Shown here: positions 50,201 to 56,493 of the stretch, piece after piece
Position numbering within the stretch: position 1 is the stretch's first letter
Layout of the letters: every line of letters starts with the position of its first letter
Source: Bacteroidetes bacterium GWB2_32_14
GTDB lineage: Bacteria > Bacteroidota > Bacteroidia > Bacteroidales > UBA12077
Direction: 5' to 3'
DNA: 64,000 nucleotides
Assembly: GCA_001768235.1 (NCBI GenBank)
Contig: MENK01000001.1
Location: forward strand, 306,057 to 370,056
The notes under the pieces: generated by a model
Databases searched by the model: none
What the model was told of the DNA's origin: nothing
What the model saw: only the letters and a program-made list of their open reading frames with translations
Program-made: the position numbers and the translations under genes

Positions 50201-53200
50201 AATGAAAACTCACAAAATATCAAATACAATGATATCAGATCATTAGAAAATACAAATTTAGTATCATTAATAGATATGAATGAGTCGGAATTCATTCATG
50301 TTTCCGGTGTAGCAAAAATTGACATTTCGTTAACAGCTATTGAATTTAATAATTCTTTAATGTGCAGTATTGAATATTGTACTAAGTTATTTAAGAAAGA
50401 AACAATTAATCGGTTTATAAAATATTTCAGGAGGGTAATAAATCAGATTGGCGAAAATCCAAGCCGTAAAATTAATTCTATTGAATTAATTGATCCTGCT
50501 GAAAAAACCAAGTTGCTTTCAATTTTTAATGACACAAACGAGGCATATTCGAAAAACAAGCGTATTATTGATATATTTGAAGAACAAGTTAAAAAAACTC
50601 CTGACAAAGTAGCATTAATATCTTCCAATAACTTTTTGACTTATAAGCAGGTTAACTCCTTTTCAAATCAAATAGCCAGAAAAATACAGGAACGAGGAAT
50701 CAAACATGAAAATATTGTAGGGGTATATCTTGATAGATCTGTGGAAATGATAATTTCAATATTGGGAATATTAAAATCCGGAGCAGGGTATCTTCCAATC
50801 TCAACATCGGACCCAATTGAACGGGTAAACTATTATATTGGAGATAGTAAGATAGATGTGCTAATTACAGACAGAGAAAACGAAATTCAGGAAATAAAAG
50901 CGTCTGTATTGTTAATTAATGATAAGAGTATAAGAGAATATGATGATTCAAATGTTGAAAATAACAGCAATTCAAACAGCTTAGCTTATGTAATTTATAC
51001 ATCTGGATCAACCGGAAACCCAAAAGGAGTAGTTATCGAAAATCATTCAGTAATAAATAGAATTGAATGGATGAAAAGGACTCTTGATTTTACAGCGAAA
51101 GATATCTTTTTGCAAAAAACAACTTTCACATTTGACGTATCAGTTTGGGAAATTTTCGGATGGTTTTTTGCCGGAGCCAGTTTACATGTTATACAACCCA
51201 ATCATGAAAAAGACCCTAAGGCATTAATTTTATACATTGAAAAAAATAAAATTACAATTATTCATTTTGTTCCATCTATGCTGGAAGCATTTATTACTTA
51301 TCTGGAAAGTTTAAATAATTTTAATACGAATTCATTAAAATGCATCTGTACAAGTGGAGAAGAATTAAAACCCGATCAGGTAAGCAGGTTAGGCAAAATA
51401 TTAAGTGATAGCAATAAAATCAAATTGATTAATTTGTACGGACCTACTGAAGCAACGGTTGATGTAACTTATTTTCAATGTCAGTTTAACGAGTTTTATC
51501 ATAATGTCCCGATTGGTAAACCTATTTCAAATACACAAATTTATATACTTGATTATTCGAGACAACAATTGCAACCAATAGGTGTCGCAGGTGAATTATG
51601 TATAGGCGGAGTAAATTTAGCGCGTGGATACATTGGGAAAACTCAATTAACAAAAGAGAAATTTATTGACAACCCATTTTTCCCAAGTGAAAAAATCTAT
51701 TGCACCGGAGATATTGCCCGATGGTTACCAGATGGAAATATCGAATTCTTAGGAAGAATAGATAACCAGGTAAAAATAAGGGGATTTAGAATTGAGTTAA
51801 GTGAAATTGAGAATTGTCTTTTACAGCATGAAGCAATTAAAGAATGTGTAGTAGTAGCAAGAGAAAAACAAAATGAAAAATATTTATGTGCTTATGTAAG
51901 AATTGCAGGCAACAAGTTAGAGATTGATTTTAAAAGTTTACTTACTGACAAGTTGCCAGCCTATATGATTCCTTCTCATTTTATGGTTTTAGATAATTTT
52001 CCATTAACCAGTTCAGGAAAAATTGACCGCAAAGCTTTACCTGAACCAGAAATTGAATTTACACGAGATTATGTAGCCCCTGAGAATGAAATTGATGTTA
52101 AATTAGCTAATATTTGGGCTGATATATTAGGCCTTAGACAATCGGAAATAAGTACAAATGCGAACTTTTTTGAATTGGGCGGACATTCTTTAAAAGCAAT
52201 AGAACTTTCATCGAAAATAAGAAAACAATTTAAGATTGAAATTGAAATTGCAACAATATTAAAAAAACCTATTCTTACCCAATTATCCAGGGAAATTCAA
52301 AATATGGAAAATAATCGGCTTGTATCTATCCGCCCAATTGAAAAGAAAGAATACTATCCATTATCTTCGGCCCAGCATAGAATGTATTTAATGCATTGCA
52401 TAAAACCTGAATCAGTAATCTATAATATTTCACAAACCTACTTGATTGAAGGAGAAGTGAATATTAATGTGATGAATGCAGCATTAGATAAAATCATTCA
52501 AAAACATGAATGCCTTCGTATATCGTTTAATATTATCAATGACATACCGGTTCAAAGAATCAATTATAAATTAATAAAAAAAGTTCAGTACATTGAGTAC
52601 TTTGAAAATGATATAAATGATTTTATACAAGGGCTTATAAAGCCCTTCGATTTTAAAGAACCTTCATTATTCAGAATATATCTTATTAAGAGAGACTTAA
52701 ATAAATACATTGTATTCTTTGATATTCATCATATAATTGCAGATGGAATTTCTTTAAAAAAGCTAAGTGAAGAATTTTTGAAATTAATTGCAGGACAAGA
52801 AATTACTAAATCATATGTACAATATAAAGATTTTGTGTTTTGGCAAAAAGCACAAAGAGAAACTGACAGGTATCAGAAACAAAAACAATATTGGAATGGT
52901 TTGCTTCAAAATAAACCAATAAAACTCAATTTGCCGTATGATCTTCAAAAAGTAGCAAGCCCACAAAATTTATCAGCGATAAATACATTTGAATGTAATG
53001 TTGAATTGTCTGACAAAATCAAAGAAACGATAAAACGATTGAATATTACTCCATATCAATTTTTTCTGTCTGTATTTAATATTTTATTGTCGAATATTTG
53101 TGATCAAGAAGAAGTATTGGTTGGAACGGCAATGGCCGGACGAAATCACTCTGACTTAGATGAGGTTATTGGAATGTTTGTGAATATGTTGTTAGTTGTA

Positions 53201-53698
53201 AATTCGGTTTCACAAAATCGTCATGTTGACGAATTTATTTTAGAAGTAAAAGAGAATCTTATTGATGCTATTGAAAATCAGGATTATCAATATGAAGATT
53301 TAGTAAATGATCTTTCAATAACAGAAGAAAGAGGAGTACATTCATTATTTAATGTTTCTTATGCATATAATAGTTTCGAAAGCCAGTATTTTAATAACGG
53401 GGATTTAAAAATCAGTAAATATGATTTCATAAATCTTACAAGTGATTCAAAATATGAATTAAGTTTATATGGAACACGAATTCACGAGAAATATGTATTT
53501 CAAATTCATTATCGTATTGATTTATTCAATGAAAACACTATTCGTTTTTTAAGTGAATATTTTAAAGATATCTTATTACACATCACTGAAAATAGTAGTA
53601 TGCGAGTAGGAGATATTCCATGTTTATTAAACAAAATTAATAAGAGCTCTGATACAAATATTGAGCCGGGTGACAGTTTCAATTTTTCTTCAAACTAA
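43514..53698 (+). CDS. NRPS, C*-A-T-C-A-T-C-A-T-C (3394 aa)
   Basis: A1 YTSGSTGKPKG/NLYGPTE/YKTGD. T FFEIGGHSL. C HHIICDA (46400..46420). A2 YTSGTTGQPKG/DEYGPTE/YRTGD. T FFRLGGQSF. C HHIISDE (49532..49552). A3 YTSGSTGNPKG/NLYGPTE/YCTGD. T FFELGGHSL. Terminal C HHIIADG (52727..52747). Ends in ..GDSFNFSSN. Confidence 0.95.
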   Translation: MDYNNEQDYWLEKLSDTTERCSFPYNYLTSNIKKELLSFNIDLPADVTNKLLQISGDSDFRLFILLKAGLFLLLNKYTGKKNIIIGSPIMKQETDTNFINTYLPVKLYLDENHSFIEYLNNVKNELILAIDNQNFPIDTIPEYLGLSNQIKNQTFFDIAVLLEELQDKKYIEHLKLDMIFRFSKKNEGINLTVDYNGNLYKKQTIERIISHLSILLGNALENKNSLIGAIEWYKPEEKEKVLYHFNQTDKNYNLDNTVLDIFKQACNINPDQIIVSCDDKSLSYRMLDFMSDQFAGYLQSKGVIKGDLVIIKEKPSIDFIVKLLGIVKSGGVYIPVDTQAPNERLKSIIIDCRARYFVTDESNSEISELLEENDVNIINCIGSMLEFEFKPVSITSEDIIYIIYTSGSTGKPKGVKISHRGISNMCFSYVDIFKTNFKSTASVVSNPAFDAMAFELWPNLTNGVKTCVAPENIIHDIKILVNWINTKNITTLYLPTSVAEIIMNYKTTMPSVQTLATAGDVLKEYPGNNINYEVYNLYGPTEDSVWTTIYKVPKDNIENQFPLIGKPLFNKKIFIVNNDCQLLPCGIPGEMWIGGAGIAKGYVGNNNEEKFIETPFSSTGIVYKTGDLACWHDDGNIEFIGRKDNQTKIRGFRIELDEIRVWLLKYPEINEAVVIIKEVGHEKYLCSYYTSLKNIDLDELKTHLKKYLPYYMIPNYFIKVDKFNLNRSGKIDKNVLPAPSNILIDIVKPQNDNEQKLFDIWAELLGTNDFGIDHNFFEIGGHSLRAINLISLIEDKFMVKFQFRKIFEFPTIREQAKFIETIDTEKQHEILPVEKKQFYPVSSSQNRLFLLHQMEPTAVAYNVLNYIELTDKVDVNVLKNVFNIIVDRHEAFRTSFSIIDGLLYQRIQDNVNFEIEKYLVKNGHENEMTKKFTRPFDLEKAPLFRIGYFETEKNHQFLLIDMHHIICDAVTQKNIEVEIKEIIQEKTLKPLRIQYKDYSLWQNSEGYQKKVEKQKLFWKNNFKGELPKVNLPIDFPRPKFNSFDGAVVSFTLSHEETQIIRSLTEKYKSTMFMTILGVYNIFLSKLSGDNQIIVGTPIAGRNHKDLGNISGMFINTLAIKSDIYLDTKIGEFFLATKENVINVFENQEYQFDDLVGELSLSRDTSRNPVFDVMFNMLNHLDYKDDEPDFETEQSLNHDQRPSKFDLNLTAIDYGNTVYFNFVYATLLFKPESIDRFIIFFKQIINQLNGSDDKKISDIDIVVESEKRKILDEFNNTKSDYPNLTIPQLFYEQVKISKNKIAVVDSDNSITFSELDKKSNQIANMLHHLGVNKGDIIAIMLPASVDLTIYIWGIIKSGGVFLPIDIDTPVNRLDYILSDSNAKFLVSDYQYTSNLTGTNIINVNDSNYNEYESSDIYPNITNSDILYVIYTSGTTGQPKGIKITHKNLSNYYHWVSQKTEVSNNDHILINNVFSFDLVYTQFFSALLGGAKLFLINKNEYLSGDYFTRYTEKQLITCLKMTPSLFSAIIHSKEFNNKTFYSVRSVILGGEALKIEDVKYVYNMYPDIQFIDEYGPTETTIGSVAKIIDFNDYQHIKTSTIIGKPIFNTQVYVLNVNGIKLQPFGIPGELCIGGEGVSKGYINNQELTKSKFIDNPFILGETIYRTGDLVRYLPNGNLEYIGRIDNQVKIRGYRIELHEVEKVILSHEHIKDCIVSVFNANQNNDNILCAYIVYKNRGTRLTDNEIKEYLSLYLPNYMVPVLFIEIDKKPLTLNGKVDKNALPIPDINTEMDFVAPINQIEKKLAEIWADVLAISKNQIGCKQDFFRLGGQSFKASQLTYTISKVFNVKFNLRDIFFHPTIEAQAKLISEAAPILSLNIIAPAKIKEFYDLAPAQNRMFFLQQINPKSTVYNLQYTIKLDEKFAIHSIEEVFKQLVSRHESLRTSFQLINGVPKQIIHNSVDFNIESIDLRNNAGYPVMKPFDLSKTPLFRLYYITDLSGELNLLVDSHHIISDEVSQKILFEEFHEIIANKVLNPVTIQYKDYSEWLKQPDQEIIVREQEKYWLGKLSGDLPRLNLPTDYSRPEIQNFEGASTNFLLNNNELSIINQLSKSLGLTPYMSLLGIYSILLSKLSGSEDMIIGTPFANRNDLHLQKIVGLLLNTIVLRIQPSGDKILLDYFSEIKKNVIEDLENQGYPFSDLVNKLSFQRDASRNPIFDVMFNYVDNSDVVINNENSQNIKYNDIRSLENTNLVSLIDMNESEFIHVSGVAKIDISLTAIEFNNSLMCSIEYCTKLFKKETINRFIKYFRRVINQIGENPSRKINSIELIDPAEKTKLLSIFNDTNEAYSKNKRIIDIFEEQVKKTPDKVALISSNNFLTYKQVNSFSNQIARKIQERGIKHENIVGVYLDRSVEMIISILGILKSGAGYLPISTSDPIERVNYYIGDSKIDVLITDRENEIQEIKASVLLINDKSIREYDDSNVENNSNSNSLAYVIYTSGSTGNPKGVVIENHSVINRIEWMKRTLDFTAKDIFLQKTTFTFDVSVWEIFGWFFAGASLHVIQPNHEKDPKALILYIEKNKITIIHFVPSMLEAFITYLESLNNFNTNSLKCICTSGEELKPDQVSRLGKILSDSNKIKLINLYGPTEATVDVTYFQCQFNEFYHNVPIGKPISNTQIYILDYSRQQLQPIGVAGELCIGGVNLARGYIGKTQLTKEKFIDNPFFPSEKIYCTGDIARWLPDGNIEFLGRIDNQVKIRGFRIELSEIENCLLQHEAIKECVVVAREKQNEKYLCAYVRIAGNKLEIDFKSLLTDKLPAYMIPSHFMVLDNFPLTSSGKIDRKALPEPEIEFTRDYVAPENEIDVKLANIWADILGLRQSEISTNANFFELGGHSLKAIELSSKIRKQFKIEIEIATILKKPILTQLSREIQNMENNRLVSIRPIEKKEYYPLSSAQHRMYLMHCIKPESVIYNISQTYLIEGEVNINVMNAALDKIIQKHECLRISFNIINDIPVQRINYKLIKKVQYIEYFENDINDFIQGLIKPFDFKEPSLFRIYLIKRDLNKYIVFFDIHHIIADGISLKKLSEEFLKLIAGQEITKSYVQYKDFVFWQKAQRETDRYQKQKQYWNGLLQNKPIKLNLPYDLQKVASPQNLSAINTFECNVELSDKIKETIKRLNITPYQFFLSVFNILLSNICDQEEVLVGTAMAGRNHSDLDEVIGMFVNMLLVVNSVSQNRHVDEFILEVKENLIDAIENQDYQYEDLVNDLSITEERGVHSLFNVSYAYNSFESQYFNNGDLKISKYDFINLTSDSKYELSLYGTRIHEKYVFQIHYRIDLFNENTIRFLSEYFKDILLHITENSSMRVGDIPCLLNKINKSSDTNIEPGDSFNFSSN

Positions 53699-53845
53699 AA
53701 AAGTACATCAAAGAAACCATAAGTGTTCTTGTCCTTGTTTATGCGAACAGTTCTAAATAAGAAAAAACAGGTGGTAGTGGTGCCGGGCTTATAAATTTAT
53801 TCGTGTAAGTCAATTTAAACCCTAAAAACAATAAAATTGGAAATT

Positions 53846-54645
53846 ATGAATAATCTCGAATTGAATATTATATCTGCACAACGAAAAAAAGAAAAGGATT
53901 TCTGGACAGGGAAATTATCAGGTAATTGGACTAAAACTATATTTCCTTATGATTATCAAAAAGAACCAGAGCTTAAAAAAATGGATGAAATAAATGAGCA
54001 AATACAAGGAGAGCTTTTTGAACAAATAAATAAACTCAGTAATAATTCGGAATTAAATATATACGTAATATTTTTTGCTGCACTGGCTATTATCTTAAAA
54101 AAATATACTCAAAACAACGAAATAATTATTGGAAGCCCGGTTTTAAAAAACGAATTAGAAACGAATACGATTAATAAAAATATTGTAGTTCGAAGTGTAA
54201 TCGAAGATCAGCATTCATTTCAGGATATTTTAATCCAACAAAGAAAAGAAATTGAAGATATATTCATGCATCAGAATTATCCCTTTGAAAAACTTGTTGA
54301 GATTTATAATCAAAATAATCAGGGTATAGGGAAATTTCCTTTATTTGACATCGCTTTAGTATTAGAAAATATCCACGATGTTAACTATTTACCAATGCAG
54401 GATATAAATATAATTTTTGAACTATGTAAATCAAAAAAAAATATTCAGTTTAAAATTAGATACAATGCAGAAGTGTATGAAAAAGAAACTATAGAACGGT
54501 TAAAAAATAACTACACGCATTGTTTGTCCGAACTAATTGAACATAAAACAAAACCTGTCTCAAAAATTGATATCGTATGTGATTCGGAGAAGGAAAAAAT
54601 TCTTAAATATTTTAATCGAACAGATGTTGATTATTCAACAAAACA
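53846..54645 (+). other. N-terminal half condensation domain (C*)
   Basis: KEKDFWTGKLSG..FPYDY, NIYVIFFAALAIILKKYTQ, IIIGSPVLKNELETNTIN, QNYPFEKLVE, PLFDIALVLEN, FKIRYNAEVYEKETIERL. No HHxxxDG. Confidence 0.6.
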
Positions 54646-56479
54646 AAATGTTGTTCAATTATTTAAAGAGCAGTTATTAAAAACTCCATACAATACAGCC
54701 CTTGTTTTTGAAGGTCAGAAAATTTCTTACATCGAATTGGACAAAAAATCAGATTCTTTAGCGAATAAGCTTTTAAATAGAGGTTTTTATAAAAAAAATA
54801 TAGGTTTATATTTTGATATTTCGGCAGAGACAATTATAGCAATGTGGGCGGTAATTAAAGCAGGTGCCGTTTTTATTCCAATAGACTATTACCAACCCAA
54901 AGAACGGATTCAGAAAATTATTGAAGATAGTAATCTTACTCTTATTATTTCCAATTCGGAATTAATACATACTATACAATTTAATGGTGAAGTTATTAAT
55001 ATCCAGGGGGAAGATGATTTTAATAACCAAAAAGACTTTACAGCTAACCTGAGCTATGACAATTTATATGTAATTTATACATCAGGAAGTACAGGTAAAC
55101 CCAAAGGTGTAAGTATTACACATGCAAATGCTATTAATTATGTAAGTTGGATTTCTGAAAAAATTGCTTTAAAACCAGAAGATAAAACAATCCTTACAAC
55201 TTCCTTTGCTTTCGATGCAAGTTATACTCAAATTTTTGGTTCCCTTTTAACTGGTGGCGAATTACATCTTGTACGTCGCGAAACATACCTTTCCTCTCAA
55301 AAATTGCTGGACTATCTTGATAGCAACCAAATTACAATATTACACCTTACACCCACGTTTTTTAACACTATTCTTGTATCATTAGCTTTTGATATTTCTA
55401 AGTTGATAAATATCAGGTTGTTAATTCTTGGCGGTGAAGCAATAAAAGTTGACGATATTGAAAAAATATTTAAAATGAAACCTGAAATTCAGGTAATGAA
55501 TCATTATGGCCCAACAGAAACTACAATAGCGTCAGTAGCGCAGCTAATAAAATTTGACGAATTCAAATTGTTTAAGGAAAGGCCAACTATTGGGTTTCCA
55601 ATATCAAATACAAAAATCTATATCTTCAACAATAATAATTTATTATCGCCCATAGGAATTCCTGGAGAAATCTGTATCAGCGGAAAGGGTGTTGGAAATG
55701 GATATATTTTCAACGAGCAATTAACGTGTGAGAAATTTGTTGAAGATCCATTTTGTACCGGAAATAAAATGTATAAATCCGGAGATATTGGCAGATGGAC
55801 AAATGATGGAAAAATTGAATACCTGGGTAGGATTGATGATCAAATTAAATTACATGGAAATAGAATAGAATTGGGTGAAATAGAAGAAAGTTTAAGAAAA
55901 TTTGAAAATATCACTGATGCAGTAGTTGTAAAAACAAAAGATAAAAATAAAAAGGAAATATTATGTGCTTTTTATATATCCAATACAACCATTCTTTTTC
56001 AGGATATTAGAGATTACCTGGTAAATCAATTACCTGGTTACATGATTCCTGCTATTTTTGAGAAACTGGATTCATTCCCAATGACCACAAATGGAAAAGT
56101 TGATAAGAAAAAGTTACAATTCTTGAACATAAAACACCATAATCAAAAAGAGTTTATTGCCCCATCAAGTTTAATAGAAAAAGAAGTTCTTGAACTTTGG
56201 AAAGAAACACTTGGAATAGAAAATATTGGAATAAACGAAAGCTTTTTTGAACTTGGCGGAACCTCTTTTCAAATTATAGAATTATCGGAAAAAATAAAAA
56301 GAAAATTTAATAAAGAAATCTCTGTAATTCAAATATTTGAAAATTACACTATTGGACGGATGGCCAAAGTTATTAATGAAAATATAACTAATATTATACC
56401 TGAAGAGCAATTGGAATATGATACAGACAAAAGTATTTTAAATAGACAAAAATTACTTAAACTAAGAACAGAAGAATAG
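53846..56479 (+). CDS. NRPS, C*-A-T (single module)
   Basis: A: YTSGSTGKPKG/NHYGPTE/YKSGD/GRIDDQIKLHGNRIE. T: FFELGGTSF. The track starts at TTG 53837. I prefer the in-frame ATG at 53846. Confidence 0.9.
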   Translation: MNNLELNIISAQRKKEKDFWTGKLSGNWTKTIFPYDYQKEPELKKMDEINEQIQGELFEQINKLSNNSELNIYVIFFAALAIILKKYTQNNEIIIGSPVLKNELETNTINKNIVVRSVIEDQHSFQDILIQQRKEIEDIFMHQNYPFEKLVEIYNQNNQGIGKFPLFDIALVLENIHDVNYLPMQDINIIFELCKSKKNIQFKIRYNAEVYEKETIERLKNNYTHCLSELIEHKTKPVSKIDIVCDSEKEKILKYFNRTDVDYSTKQNVVQLFKEQLLKTPYNTALVFEGQKISYIELDKKSDSLANKLLNRGFYKKNIGLYFDISAETIIAMWAVIKAGAVFIPIDYYQPKERIQKIIEDSNLTLIISNSELIHTIQFNGEVINIQGEDDFNNQKDFTANLSYDNLYVIYTSGSTGKPKGVSITHANAINYVSWISEKIALKPEDKTILTTSFAFDASYTQIFGSLLTGGELHLVRRETYLSSQKLLDYLDSNQITILHLTPTFFNTILVSLAFDISKLINIRLLILGGEAIKVDDIEKIFKMKPEIQVMNHYGPTETTIASVAQLIKFDEFKLFKERPTIGFPISNTKIYIFNNNNLLSPIGIPGEICISGKGVGNGYIFNEQLTCEKFVEDPFCTGNKMYKSGDIGRWTNDGKIEYLGRIDDQIKLHGNRIELGEIEESLRKFENITDAVVVKTKDKNKKEILCAFYISNTTILFQDIRDYLVNQLPGYMIPAIFEKLDSFPMTTNGKVDKKKLQFLNIKHHNQKEFIAPSSLIEKEVLELWKETLGIENIGINESFFELGGTSFQIIELSEKIKRKFNKEISVIQIFENYTIGRMAKVINENITNIIPEEQLEYDTDKSILNRQKLLKLRTEE

Positions 56480-56493
56480 TATAAATAATAAAT

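Noticed and set aside
53768-53788. Locally GC-rich patch (caggtggtagtggtgccgggc) in the 147-bp spacer before NRPS 53846.
   Set aside because: It has no complementary partner nearby, no repeat elsewhere that I could find, and no ORF of meaningful length (17 aa at most).
32979-53845. TTG start codons proposed by the track at 32979, 38041 and 53837 (and the 'M' at 74).
   Set aside because: In-frame ATGs follow within 3-8 codons (33003, 38062, 53846) and avoid overlap with upstream stops. Position 74 is internal to an ORF that is open to the window edge. The TTG starts cannot be excluded without N-terminal data.
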